Positions 36,496-46,133 of a stretch of DNA of 64,000 bases are shown in pieces. Source of the DNA: an uncultured Eubacteriales bacterium (GTDB taxonomy: Bacteria; Bacillota; Clostridia; Oscillospirales; Acutalibacteraceae). The position numbers and the translations under genes were made by a program. The stretch covers positions 25,241 through 89,240 of the forward strand of contig CAKTFN010000007.1 in the NCBI GenBank assembly GCA_934561055.1. Direction: 5' to 3'. Within the stretch, counting starts at the first letter, position 1. Each line of letters opens with the position of its first letter. The notes beneath the pieces were generated by a model, which did not search any database, had not been told where the DNA came from, and worked only from the letters and a program-made list of their open reading frames with translations.

Positions 36496-38361
36496 TTAAG
36501 CATCCTCCTTTTTTAAAATTACAGCCGAAAGCGCACCGATATGAACTTTTCCGCCTTCGGCGTTTTCGCCGAGAAGGGCTTTTCCCTCTTTCCATTCTTC
36601 GGGAAGAAAATAATCAATCTCATGCTCGTTTCGGTTGACAATGAGAAGAATCCTGTCCTTTTCGCCCTTTCTTTCAAAGGCAAGGCATGAGAGCGTTTCG
36701 GAAACGGTTGAGAACGTTCCCTCCTTCAGGCAAAGGCATTCTTTTCTGATTTTTCCGAGCTTTTTATAATAGGAAACAAGCTCTTCGTTTTCGTTTCCCC
36801 AAGGGTAACAAACACGGTTGAACGGGTCTTTATAGCCCTGCATTCCGGCCTCGTCGCCGTAATAAAGCGACGGAACGCCGGGAAGAGTATACTGAATTGC
36901 GGCGGCAAGCTTCAAAAGCTTTACTCCTCGTACGTATTGTTCAGGTGAAAGAGTTCGTCCGCACTGCCAACTGCGGTCACGTCCTTCACAGCTCTCTCCG
37001 GCAAGGGCGGTAATTGCACGCATGGTATCGTGCGTTCCGATATGATTCATGAGAACGTCAGTGACGCATTTCGGATAGTTTTCAAGCACTGTCATTATTT
37101 TTTCGGAAAAACCTTCAACAACACCGCTTCTTATGAAAGCAAGAATCGCTTCCGAAAACGGATAATTCATGACCGAATCAAGCTGTGCTCCCTGAAGGTA
37201 TCGCCGTCTTGCGCCGTAGCTGCACTTGTTTGAAGCGTCCTCCCAAACTTCGCCGAGAATGAGAGCGTCGCTTTTTTCGCTTTTTACGGCCTTTCTGAAT
37301 TCATCGAGGAATTTATCCGGAAGTTCATCCGCAACGTCAAGTCTGAAACCTCTTGCTCCGGCTTTTATCCAACGTCTTGCAACGCCGTTTTTTCCGGCAA
37401 TGAAATCAATGAAACTTTCGTTTTCCTCATTGACTTCGGGAAGCGTTTCAAAATTCCACCAGCACTGATAGTTATACGGCCAGTTCCAGAAAAAATACCA
37501 GCTGTAAAACGGTGATTCCTTCGACTGACACGCTCCGACGGTATCGTAGCGGCCTTTTCTGTTGAAATATCTGCTGTCGTCCCCCGTGTGGCTGAAAACT
37601 CCGTCAAGAACAACCGAAATTCCGTTTTTTTCCGCTTCCCTGCAAAGAGCGGAAAAATCCTTTTCCGTTCCGAGAACGCTGTCGATTTTTTCGTAATCGG
37701 CAGTGTCGTAACGGTGATTACTCTGCGCTTCAAAAATCGGATTGAGATAAATGCAGCCGACACCGAGCGATTTGAGATAAGGAAGCTTTTCTTTGATTCC
37801 CTCAAGGTCTCCGCCGAAAAAGTCGTTGTTGAGAACCTCACCGCGCTCATTCGGAAGCCAGCTGGGTTCTCCGCCCCAATCGGTACGCATCACACGGTCG
37901 GAAGGAACGTTTTTCTTTTCTTTTCCGGAGCCGTAAAAACGGTCGGGAAAAATCTGATAAATCAGTTTTCCCTTGAGCCAGTCGGGAGTTGAAAAATTCT
38001 TTTCAAAAACGGTCAGCTGAAAATCGTTCAAACCGCCGCTGAGCGTTCCGAGCGAGCCTTCGTTGCGTTTGATTGAAACCCTTCCCCACGGAGTTGTGTA
38101 ATCAAAATGATAAAAATAAAGGCCGGTTTCATTTTCAATATAATCAAGGCACCACCATTCCTCATCCGCTCCTTCCATTGAAAGCCAGAAAAAAGGAAAA
38201 CGCTTTTCGCCTTCCATGTCTTTTCTGATTACGAGTTCAACGCCGGAACAGGAAAGAGAACGGGGAAGAACAACTTTGAACGTGATTTTTTCTCCCTGCT
38301 TCACTGCTCCGAAAGGATACTTGTGAAGAAGAGAACGGGAATTAAAGGGTATATATTCCAT
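36496..38361 (-). CDS. glycoside hydrolase family 13 protein (neopullulanase/maltogenic-amylase-like alpha-glycosidase)
   Basis: GH13 conserved regions DGVFSHT, GFRLDVADELP, EVWED and NHIGTHDTMR, with an N-terminal beta domain. Confidence 0.9.
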   Translation of the reverse strand: MEYIPFNSRSLLHKYPFGAVKQGEKITFKVVLPRSLSCSGVELVIRKDMEGEKRFPFFWLSMEGADEEWWCLDYIENETGLYFYHFDYTTPWGRVSIKRNEGSLGTLSGGLNDFQLTVFEKNFSTPDWLKGKLIYQIFPDRFYGSGKEKKNVPSDRVMRTDWGGEPSWLPNERGEVLNNDFFGGDLEGIKEKLPYLKSLGVGCIYLNPIFEAQSNHRYDTADYEKIDSVLGTEKDFSALCREAEKNGISVVLDGVFSHTGDDSRYFNRKGRYDTVGACQSKESPFYSWYFFWNWPYNYQCWWNFETLPEVNEENESFIDFIAGKNGVARRWIKAGARGFRLDVADELPDKFLDEFRKAVKSEKSDALILGEVWEDASNKCSYGARRRYLQGAQLDSVMNYPFSEAILAFIRSGVVEGFSEKIMTVLENYPKCVTDVLMNHIGTHDTMRAITALAGESCEGRDRSWQCGRTLSPEQYVRGVKLLKLAAAIQYTLPGVPSLYYGDEAGMQGYKDPFNRVCYPWGNENEELVSYYKKLGKIRKECLCLKEGTFSTVSETLSCLAFERKGEKDRILLIVNRNEHEIDYFLPEEWKEGKALLGENAEGGKVHIGALSAVILKKEDA

Positions 38362-38452
38362 AAAGACTTCCTTAGAATCATTATTCGCCCGAAACGGGCA
38401 TATAGTTTATTGACTGAATTTTTTTGATGTTTCTTTTGAAAGGCGGATTATT

Positions 38453-38977
38453 ATGTTTTTTGTTTCCGTAAAATCTTCAACGCTGAAAACCGTTGCGGTC
38501 ATTGCGGCCGTTGCAATTTTTGTTTCAATCGGCGGAATTTATGCCGTGAACAAAAGCAAAAGCTCGCCCGTTTCAAGCATGAACGGAATTGTTTACAAAG
38601 CCGCAACCGAGGAAGAACGCCTTTCATTCCTTTCTCAGTTCGGCTGGGAAGTTGACGAAGAACCGGCCGAAGTCAAAGAGGTTGTGATTCCGACAGAGTT
38701 CGACGACGTCTATAATCAATATAATGCTATTCAAAAAGAGCAAAATCTTGACCTTGAAAAGTTCAAAGGTGCAAGGGTCAAATGCTGGTCATACAACGTC
38801 AGGAATTATCCCGGTTACGAAACCAAAGGCGGTGTAATCCGGGCAACTCTTCTCGTTTTTGACGGCGTTGTAATCGGCGGAGACATTTCAAGCACCGAGC
38901 TTTCGGGTTTTATGCACACGTTTGATTTTCCGCAGGAAAAAGCTATAGAAAGTACAACTCAACCGGAAAGCACTTAA
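38453..38977 (+). CDS. membrane-anchored hypothetical protein (DUF4830-like)
   Basis: One N-terminal TM segment. FLSQFGWEVDEEP..IP.EF..VY..YN..Q resembles my recollection of DUF4830. Not verified. Confidence 0.55.
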   Translation: MFFVSVKSSTLKTVAVIAAVAIFVSIGGIYAVNKSKSSPVSSMNGIVYKAATEEERLSFLSQFGWEVDEEPAEVKEVVIPTEFDDVYNQYNAIQKEQNLDLEKFKGARVKCWSYNVRNYPGYETKGGVIRATLLVFDGVVIGGDISSTELSGFMHTFDFPQEKAIESTTQPEST

Positions 38978-40236
38978 CTTTCGATTATCCAATCTTTATA
39001 TTCGTCAAGCAACGAAATTTCGGCGGTTGCTCTCATATAAAGTCCGTCCTCACGGTATTCTTCTTCGAGAACAACGCCCTCTTCACGGATTCTTGCCGCG
39101 GCGGCACCGTTTTTGAACGGAATGAGAAGCGAAGCCGTTCGCCTCGTCTGCGGAAGCTCACGCTCGATTGCCGAAAGAAGCCCGTCAAAGCCCCTTTCGT
39201 TCAAGGCCGAAATAAGCACCGTTTTTCCGAAGGTCGGCATTGAATAAATGTTTCCGACAAGGTCGCACTTGTTCATGACCGAAATTACGGGCGTTCCGGC
39301 ACAGCCGAGTTCGTCAAGAAGCTTTTTTGTTACGTCAAGGTGTTCCGAGCAATGCTCGTCCGAAGCGTCGCAAACGTTGAGAATGACCGAAGCCTGTGCC
39401 GCCTCTTCAAGCGTTGATTTGAACGCTTCAACGAGTTTATGCGGCAGGCGGCGGATAAGGCCGACGGTATCGACAAGCATAACCTTTCTTCCGTCGGGCA
39501 AAGTCAAAGCACGGGAAGTCGGGTCAAGCGTTGCAAAAAGCTTGTCCTCGGCGAGAACCCCCGCCTCGGTCAGCGCATTCATGAGCGTTGACTTTCCGGC
39601 ATTGGTGTAGCCGACAATCGCAACGGTTTGAACGCCGTCCTTTTTGCGCCGCTTTCTGAGAAGATCACGGCGTTTTTCAAGCTCCCGAAGCTGTTCTTCA
39701 AGCTTTTGAATCCGCCGGTTGATGTGTCTTCGGTCGGATTCAAGCTTGCTTTCGCCGGGACCTCTTGTTCCGATTCCGCCGCCGAGACGGGAAAGCGAAA
39801 GCCCCTGTCCCATAAGGCGCGGCAAAGAGTATTTAAGCTGAGCCAGTTCAACCTGAAGCTTGCCCTCGCCCGTTCTTGCCCTTGCGGCAAAGATATCGAG
39901 AATGAGCATCGTTCGGTCGATTACACGCACACCGGTGAATTTTTCAAGGTTTCTCTGCTGCGACGGAGTAAGTTCGCTGTCAAAAATCAAAAGGTCAATG
40001 TCATTCGCAGAGCAGAAAGCGATTATTTCGGCAAGCTTTCCCGCTCCGACAAAAGTTGCGGCTTCGGGTCGCTCTTTTTTTTGAATGATTTTTCCGAGAA
40101 CAACGGCTCCTGCCGTGCGGGCAAGCTCTTCAAGTTCGTCAATCGAAACTTCTGCGTCAAATTCACCCGTATCGACGGAGACAAGCAGCGCTTTTTCCAG
40201 TTCCTCTTTGTTTTCGTACATTTCCACGGCAGTCAC
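38974..40236 (-). CDS. hflX: GTPase HflX
   Basis: HflX N-domain plus G motifs GYTNAGKST, DTVG and NKCD. The start is ambiguous: GTG at 40236 or 40227, or ATG at 40221. Confidence 0.9.
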   Translation of the reverse strand: MTAVEMYENKEELEKALLVSVDTGEFDAEVSIDELEELARTAGAVVLGKIIQKKERPEAATFVGAGKLAEIIAFCSANDIDLLIFDSELTPSQQRNLEKFTGVRVIDRTMLILDIFAARARTGEGKLQVELAQLKYSLPRLMGQGLSLSRLGGGIGTRGPGESKLESDRRHINRRIQKLEEQLRELEKRRDLLRKRRKKDGVQTVAIVGYTNAGKSTLMNALTEAGVLAEDKLFATLDPTSRALTLPDGRKVMLVDTVGLIRRLPHKLVEAFKSTLEEAAQASVILNVCDASDEHCSEHLDVTKKLLDELGCAGTPVISVMNKCDLVGNIYSMPTFGKTVLISALNERGFDGLLSAIERELPQTRRTASLLIPFKNGAAAARIREEGVVLEEEYREDGLYMRATAEISLLDEYKDWIIES

Positions 40237-40260
40237 CTTCTTTTAAAAATTACTTCAAGA

Positions 40261-41325
40261 TTAAAGGATTGTGAGTTCCTTCGGGCAGTTTGTGAGATTC
40301 TTTCCGCCGTTTACGGTGACGTAAATCATGTCCTCGATACGAACTCCGAATTCGCCCGGAATATAGATTCCCGGTTCGATTGTGATAACATGGCCGGGCT
40401 CAAGAACCGTTTGGCTGCGCGGAGAAACGGTCGGAAATTCATGAATTTCAATGCCGACTCCGTGGCCGAGACCGTGACCGAAGTATTTTCCGTAACCTTT
40501 TTCTTCGATGATATCTCTTGCGATTTTATCAATATCGAAACAGCTTTTGCCGGCGGCAACGGCGTCGATTGCACTCTTTTGCGCTTTGAGAACGGTTTCG
40601 TAAACGTCACGCTGTTTATCGGAAATTTCTCCGACTGCAACGGTTCTTGTCATGTCGCTGTGGTAATCCTTGTAAATTGCGCCGAAATCGAACGTCACAA
40701 AGTCGCCGCTTTCAATCTTTTTATCGGACGGAATTCCGTGCGGCATTGAGCCGTTCTTTCCGGAAACGGCGATTGTTTCAAACGAGAGCCCCTGTGCGCC
40801 GAGCTTGAGCATTGTGTAATCAAGTTCCAGAGAAAGTTCACGTTCGGTTTTGCCGACTGCGACTTTCGGAAGAAGAAGCGAAAAGGCTTTCTCCGCAATA
40901 CGCTGGGCTTTGATGATTTTTTCGCATTCTTCGTTGCTTTTTACCGCTCTGAGAACGTCAATTTCGCCGTCAAGCTTTTCGGTTTCAAAAGTGACCGACG
41001 GAAACTGCTTTTTGAGTTCATGAAGCCTTTTTACGGTTGTTCTTCCGCCTTCGATTGAAAGGGTCTTGACTCCGAGTTCTTTGACAAGAGGAAGAAGCGA
41101 CTTTTCAAAGTTTTCAAAAAGAAGAACGCCGTCAACGGTTTTGATTGTTTTTTGTGCGGCTTCAACATAGCGGCTGTCCGTGAGGAAAAACGAATTTTCC
41201 GCCGTTACGAGAAGATAGCCGTTTGTTGAGGAAAAGGAAGTGAAGTAACGAACGTTATCTTCGCTCATGATAAGAGCGGATGCATTGCGTTCGGAAAGCA
41301 TTATTTTAAGTTTTTCGATTGACAT
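40261..41325 (-). CDS. Xaa-Pro aminopeptidase (M24B family)
   Basis: Creatinase-like N-domain plus M24 metal ligands (DFGAIYKDYHSDMTRT, HGLGHGVGIEIHE, EPGIY). Confidence 0.85.
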   Translation of the reverse strand: MSIEKLKIMLSERNASALIMSEDNVRYFTSFSSTNGYLLVTAENSFFLTDSRYVEAAQKTIKTVDGVLLFENFEKSLLPLVKELGVKTLSIEGGRTTVKRLHELKKQFPSVTFETEKLDGEIDVLRAVKSNEECEKIIKAQRIAEKAFSLLLPKVAVGKTERELSLELDYTMLKLGAQGLSFETIAVSGKNGSMPHGIPSDKKIESGDFVTFDFGAIYKDYHSDMTRTVAVGEISDKQRDVYETVLKAQKSAIDAVAAGKSCFDIDKIARDIIEEKGYGKYFGHGLGHGVGIEIHEFPTVSPRSQTVLEPGHVITIEPGIYIPGEFGVRIEDMIYVTVNGGKNLTNCPKELTIL

Positions 41326-41351
41326 TTTGCCACGCCTTTCTTTACAGATAC

Positions 41352-41388
41352 ATAACAAAAACGGGCGATGGAAAACCCATAGCCCGCT
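41352..41388 (-). terminator. rho-independent terminator after rpsU
   Basis: Minus strand reads GCGGGCTATGG-GTTTT-CCATCGCCCG followed by TTTTTGTT. Confidence 0.7.
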
Positions 41389-41401
41389 TAGTTAGTTAGC
41401 T

Positions 41402-41578
41402 TTACTTGTATTTACGCTTACGAGCAGCCTCAGACTTCTTTTTTCTTGCTACGGAAGGCTTTTCATAATGTTCTCTTTTGCGAACTTCCTGAATGATTCC
41501 GTCGCGAGAGGTCTGTCTTTTAAAACGTCTCAGAGCGCTGTCAAGAGATTCGTTTTCTTTAACTTTAACCTGACTCAT
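41402..41578 (-). CDS. rpsU: 30S ribosomal protein S21
   Basis: Not in the ORF track because it is under 60 aa. My own translation is [71 protein letters not shown]. Confidence 0.9.
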   Translation of the reverse strand: MSQVKVKENESLDSALRRFKRQTSRDGIIQEVRKREHYEKPSVARKKKSEAARKRKYK

Positions 41579-41639
41579 CTATAATTCCCTCCCTCCGCCT
41601 GTTTAGCAGGGGTATATTTCCACATAGGATACGTTAAAT

Positions 41640-41668
41640 ATTATACATTATCGCTTTTCCGTTGTCAA
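41640..41668 (-). promoter_or_regulatory. consensus sigma-A promoter for rpsU
   Basis: Minus strand reads TTGACA, a 17-nt spacer, then TATAAT. Confidence 0.75.
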
Positions 41669-41740
41669 GAGTAATTTTGCAATTCAAAGCGACATTTAAT
41701 ACATTTTTTTGGAAATTTTAATTTCCTGTGACTTAAGGTT

Positions 41741-44155
41741 TTATTTTGCAACAATGTTGACGAGTCTTCCCTTGACGTAAAGCTCTTTGACAATCGTCTT
41801 TCCGGCGATGTCTGCGGCAACTTTTTCTTCCTTCTTTGCAAGTTCGATTGCGTCTGCGTCCGTGATATCGGCCGAAACGCTGATTCTTCCTCTGAGCTTT
41901 CCGTTGACCTGAACGGCGAGTTCAACGGTGTCTTCTGAACACTTTTCTTCGTCATATGACGGCCACTCGCCCGTTGCAAGCATTGAGCCGAGAGAAAGAA
42001 TTTCGTTGACCTCTTCCGTGACGTGCGGCGCAAACGGATTGAGGAGAAGAAGGAAGGTGCGAAGCTCATCTTTTGTGATTGAGCCTGCGGCATAAATCTC
42101 GTTGAGAAGGGTCATCATCGAAGCGATTGCGGTGTTGAACTTGAGGTTTTCAATGTCGCTTGAAACCTTCTTGATTGTTTTATGGAACGAGCTTTCAAGC
42201 TTCTTTGAGTAGCCCTTTTCGTTGTTCACGATTTCCTGAAGACCCCAGACTCTGTCGATGAAACGCTTGCAGCCCTTTACGCTGTTTTCCGACCACGGGG
42301 CAGCCTTTTCGTAGTCACCCATGAAGAGGACGTATGTACGAAGAACGTCTGCGCCGAATTCGTCAACAACGTCGTTCGGGTCAACAACGTTGCCCTTTGA
42401 TTTTGACATTTTGTCGCCATCGGGTCCGAGAATGAGTCCCTGAGCGGTACGCTTTGCATAGGGTTCGGGGAACGGTACTTCGCCGATGTCATAAAGGAAT
42501 CTGTGCCAGAAACGGGAGTAGATAAGGTGACGTGTGACGTGCTCCATTCCGCCGTTGTACCAGTCAACGGGTCCCCAGTAGCGAAGTTTATCCATATCCG
42601 CAAAACGCTCGCTGTTGTGCGGATCAATGTAGCGAAGGAAGTACCACGAAGAGCCTGCCCACTGAGGCATTGTGTCGGTTTCCCTTCTTGCTTTTCCGCC
42701 GCATTTCGGGCAGGTGCAGTTTACGAAGGATTCGATTTTTGCAAGCGGGCTTTCGCCGTCCGAACCGGGCTTGAAGTCCTGAACTTCGGGAAGTTTGAGC
42801 GGAAGCTCGTCATACGGAACGGGAACCATTCCGCATTTTTCGCAGTATACAATGGGAATCGGTTCGCCCCAATAACGCTGACGGTTGAACGCCCAGTCCT
42901 TCATCTTATACTGAACGCCCTTTTCGCCGATGCCTTTTTCCTTGAGGAAGTCAAGCATTTTTTCAATTGCTTCTTCCTTTTTCTTGCAGCCGTTGAGGAA
43001 GTCGGAGTTGACAACTTCGCCGTCGCCGGTATAGGCTTTTTCGTTTATGTCGCCACCCTTGATTACTTCAATGATATCAACGCCGAACTTCTTTGCAAAG
43101 TCATAGTCACGCTGGTCGTGAGCGGGAACGGCCATGATTGCGCCGGTTCCGTAGCCCATCATAACGTAATCTGAAATGAAAACGGGAATTTCCTTTCCGT
43201 TGACGGGGTTGATTGCCGAAAAGCCGTCAAGGCGAACGCCGGTCTTCTCTTTTACAAGCTGAGTTCTTTCAAACTCGGTTTTCTTTGCACATTCGGCTCT
43301 GTAATCTTCAACTGCGTCAAAGTTTTTGATGCGGTCTTTATACTTATCGAGAAGCGGATGCTCCGGAGCCATAACCATGAAGGTTACGCCGAAAAGAGTA
43401 TCCGGACGGGTTGTGTAAATTCTGAAACTTTCGTCGATATCCTTGAGCTTGAAAACAACAAATGCGCCCGTTGATTTTCCGATCCAGTTTTCCTGCTGAA
43501 GGCGGATGTTCGGAAGATAGTTAACCTCGTCAAGCCCCTGAAGAAGCTTGTCGGCATATTCGGTGATGCGAAGATACCAAACGTCCTTGGACTTTTGAAC
43601 AATTTCGCTGTGGCAGATGTCGCACTTGCCGCCCTGAGAATCCTCGTTTGAAAGAACAACTTTGCATGACGGGCAGTAGTTGACAAGGGTCTTGTCTCTG
43701 AAAGCAAGACCGTTTTCAAACATTTTGAGGAAGATCCACTGCGTCCACTTATAGTATTCTTCCTGAGTGGTATCGATTACTCTCGTCCAGTCAAAGGAGA
43801 AGCCGACTCTTTTAAGCTGGCTCGAAAATTTTTCGATGTTCATGTCGGTAACTTTTCTCGGGTGGATTCCGGTTTTGATTGCGTAGTTTTCGGTCGGGAG
43901 GCCGTATGCGTCAAAGCCTATCGGAAAAAGAACGTTATAGCCTTCCATTCTGCGCTTTCTTGAGATTACCTCAAGGCCGGAATAAGCCTTGATATGGCCG
44001 ACGTGCATTCCCGCTCCGCTCGGATAAGGGAATTCGACAAGGCCGTAAAACTTTTTCTTGTCGGAATTATCCTGAGCATGAAAGACACCGAGCTCTTCCC
44101 ATTTTTCCTGCCACTTTTTTTCTGTCTTTTTAAAGTTGTAATTCAAGTTTATCAC
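41741..44155 (-). CDS. leuS: leucine--tRNA ligase
   Basis: Class I motifs HVGH (PYPSGAGMHVGHIKAY) and KMSKS. 804 aa. Confidence 0.97.
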   Translation of the reverse strand: MINLNYNFKKTEKKWQEKWEELGVFHAQDNSDKKKFYGLVEFPYPSGAGMHVGHIKAYSGLEVISRKRRMEGYNVLFPIGFDAYGLPTENYAIKTGIHPRKVTDMNIEKFSSQLKRVGFSFDWTRVIDTTQEEYYKWTQWIFLKMFENGLAFRDKTLVNYCPSCKVVLSNEDSQGGKCDICHSEIVQKSKDVWYLRITEYADKLLQGLDEVNYLPNIRLQQENWIGKSTGAFVVFKLKDIDESFRIYTTRPDTLFGVTFMVMAPEHPLLDKYKDRIKNFDAVEDYRAECAKKTEFERTQLVKEKTGVRLDGFSAINPVNGKEIPVFISDYVMMGYGTGAIMAVPAHDQRDYDFAKKFGVDIIEVIKGGDINEKAYTGDGEVVNSDFLNGCKKKEEAIEKMLDFLKEKGIGEKGVQYKMKDWAFNRQRYWGEPIPIVYCEKCGMVPVPYDELPLKLPEVQDFKPGSDGESPLAKIESFVNCTCPKCGGKARRETDTMPQWAGSSWYFLRYIDPHNSERFADMDKLRYWGPVDWYNGGMEHVTRHLIYSRFWHRFLYDIGEVPFPEPYAKRTAQGLILGPDGDKMSKSKGNVVDPNDVVDEFGADVLRTYVLFMGDYEKAAPWSENSVKGCKRFIDRVWGLQEIVNNEKGYSKKLESSFHKTIKKVSSDIENLKFNTAIASMMTLLNEIYAAGSITKDELRTFLLLLNPFAPHVTEEVNEILSLGSMLATGEWPSYDEEKCSEDTVELAVQVNGKLRGRISVSADITDADAIELAKKEEKVAADIAGKTIVKELYVKGRLVNIVAK

Positions 44156-44164
44156 TCCGTATAA

Positions 44165-44524
44165 TTAATCTCTGTTGTCCGCAATATCGCTGATATCGAC
44201 CTCTTCGGCGTCTGACCAAAGGCGCTCAAGGTTATAAAACTCTCGGCTTTCGCCGGTGAAAACGTGAACGATTACCGAGCCGTAATCAAGCAAAATCCAG
44301 CCCGTTGCCTTGCCTTCAACGTGAGCCGGCTCAACGCCCTTTCGGCTCATCTCGTACTCAACCTCATCGGCAAGCGACTTGACGTGAGTGTTTGAAGTAC
44401 CGGAAGCGATTACAAAATAATCGGCAACGATTGAAAGTTCGGTAATATGCAAAGCTTTGATGTCAATTGCCTTTTTTCTGTCAAGAACCTTGACAATTTC
44501 TCTTGTGAGTTCAAGTTCGTTCAT
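44165..44524 (-). CDS. rsfS: ribosome silencing factor RsfS
   Basis: Iojap/RsfS pattern DYFVIASGTSNTHVKSLADEV...GWILLDYGSVIVHVF. The start is the ATG at 44524 or 44530. Confidence 0.85.
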   Translation of the reverse strand: MNELELTREIVKVLDRKKAIDIKALHITELSIVADYFVIASGTSNTHVKSLADEVEYEMSRKGVEPAHVEGKATGWILLDYGSVIVHVFTGESREFYNLERLWSDAEEVDISDIADNRD

Positions 44525-45722
44525 TAGCATCGTTCCTTTCGGTTTCGGCAACGGTGATGCCGAGAATAATCAGTTCGTTATAAAACGCAAGGCTGTCCGG
44601 ATGAATGACAAGCTCGCTTTTTGAAAGTTTTTTAAGGGTATATTTAAGCGAATAAAGCGCCGCTTTTTCAAGGCTTTCTTTTGAAAGCGCCCGCATAACG
44701 TCAACGTCGGGATAATCCCTTTCGGCCGATATATAATCCGCAATATAGACAATTTTTTCAAGAAGCGTCATGCCCTTCTTTCCGGTCGTGTGATATCGCA
44801 CGGCGGAGAGGATTTCTTCGTTGTCTATACCGAGTTCGTTTTTGATATAAATCGGTGCTGTCATTGCGTGCCAAAGCTTCGGGTTGTTTTTTTCAACCTG
44901 ATTTAAGATTATATCATCACTTTCAAATAATTGCAACTGTCTTTCGTTCGCTTCGTTTTTCGTAATGTCGTGAAGAAGGCCGGCAAGATATGCCTTTTCT
45001 TCGTCCGCACCGAAACGGGCGGCAAGCTCTTTTGCGCTGTCGGCAACGCCGAGCGAATGAACAAAGCGGTGCTCGTCAAGCCGTTCTTTTAAAAGCGACT
45101 TGATTTTCTCATAGGATGCGGCGCTGTAGAATGATTTTTCTTTGATATATTCGTTCGCTTTTTCGGTGAGCATAAAGCCTAAATCGCCGCCTTCCTTTGC
45201 TTTTTCCCTAACCTCGGTTGAAGAAAGTTCAACCGGTTCGCAGTCAAGAATAATATAATCCTTTTCATTAAGTTTCAAAACGTTTTTGCAGTAATCCGAA
45301 AGCATTTTTTTGCTCACGGCGTTTTCCCTCGTCATAACGCAGAGAGTTGACATTTTTAAAATGTCCTCAAAGCGAAACCACTTGTCAAAGCTCAAAAGCA
45401 TATCCGAGCCGATGATGAGAAAAAACTCGTCCTGCGGATAAAGCTTTTTGAGCGTTTCAAGCGTTTCGACGGTATAGCTTTTTCCCCGGCGCTTGATTTC
45501 AAGGTCGGAGATGATAAACTCTTCGCCGCAAAACGTTCTTTTGCAAAGCTCGATTCTTTCCTCGCCGCTCAAAAGCTCATGAGCGATTTTATGCGGCGGA
45601 ACGAACGCCGGCATAATAATCACCTTTTCAAGCTTTGCTCCCTCAATCGCCTTTTGGGCAAGGCGAAGATGAGCAAGGTGCGGCGGATTGAACGTTCCGC
45701 CGAAAAGACCGACTCTGCTCAT
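44511..45722 (-). CDS. nadD: fusion protein: nicotinate-nucleotide adenylyltransferase (NadD) plus HD-domain YqeK (bis(5-nucleosyl)-tetraphosphatase)
   Basis: The N-terminal half carries GGTFNPPHLAHL and SSTEVR (NadD). The C-terminal half carries HSLGV...LLHDITK...YHTTG (YqeK-type HD). One uninterrupted ORF of 403 aa. Confidence 0.9.
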   Translation of the reverse strand: MSRVGLFGGTFNPPHLAHLRLAQKAIEGAKLEKVIIMPAFVPPHKIAHELLSGEERIELCKRTFCGEEFIISDLEIKRRGKSYTVETLETLKKLYPQDEFFLIIGSDMLLSFDKWFRFEDILKMSTLCVMTRENAVSKKMLSDYCKNVLKLNEKDYIILDCEPVELSSTEVREKAKEGGDLGFMLTEKANEYIKEKSFYSAASYEKIKSLLKERLDEHRFVHSLGVADSAKELAARFGADEEKAYLAGLLHDITKNEANERQLQLFESDDIILNQVEKNNPKLWHAMTAPIYIKNELGIDNEEILSAVRYHTTGKKGMTLLEKIVYIADYISAERDYPDVDVMRALSKESLEKAALYSLKYTLKKLSKSELVIHPDSLAFYNELIILGITVAETERNDANERT

Positions 45723-46114
45723 TTTCTTTTTCCGACCGCCTTCACGGTGAAACGCTTTTGGGCGGCTCGCTCTTTATAAAGCTTTTCTTTCGCTTTTTTT
45801 GCGGCAAGCTTTTTGTTCTTTTCCTTTTGAGCGGCTTTTTGTTTGAGTTCCTCGCTTTCACGGTAAAGCACGATTACGCCGCCGATGACCTGAATGACTT
45901 CGGCACCGGTTTTTTCGGCAATTTCGTTCGCCGCATCACGGACGGAGATAGGCGAAGAATCAAGCAAAACCTTGAGCTTGATAAGCTCCCTTGCACGAAG
46001 GGCGTCGTCGGTCTGCTTTATGATTCCGTCGTTAAGTCCGCCTTTTCCGATTTGAAAAAGCGGTTCGAGTGAATTTGCTTTTGCGCGCCATGCGGCACGT
46101 TCTTTTCCTGTCAT
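45719..46114 (-). CDS. yhbY: YhbY/CRM-domain RNA-binding protein (YqeI-like) with a Lys-rich C-terminal extension
   Basis: LEPLFQIGKGGLNDGIIKQTDDALRARELIKLKVL is the YhbY signature. The ATG at 46114 follows AGGAGA. Confidence 0.8.
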   Translation of the reverse strand: MTGKERAAWRAKANSLEPLFQIGKGGLNDGIIKQTDDALRARELIKLKVLLDSSPISVRDAANEIAEKTGAEVIQVIGGVIVLYRESEELKQKAAQKEKNKKLAAKKAKEKLYKERAAQKRFTVKAVGKRK

Positions 46115-46133
46115 ATATGTGTCTCCTGTAAAG

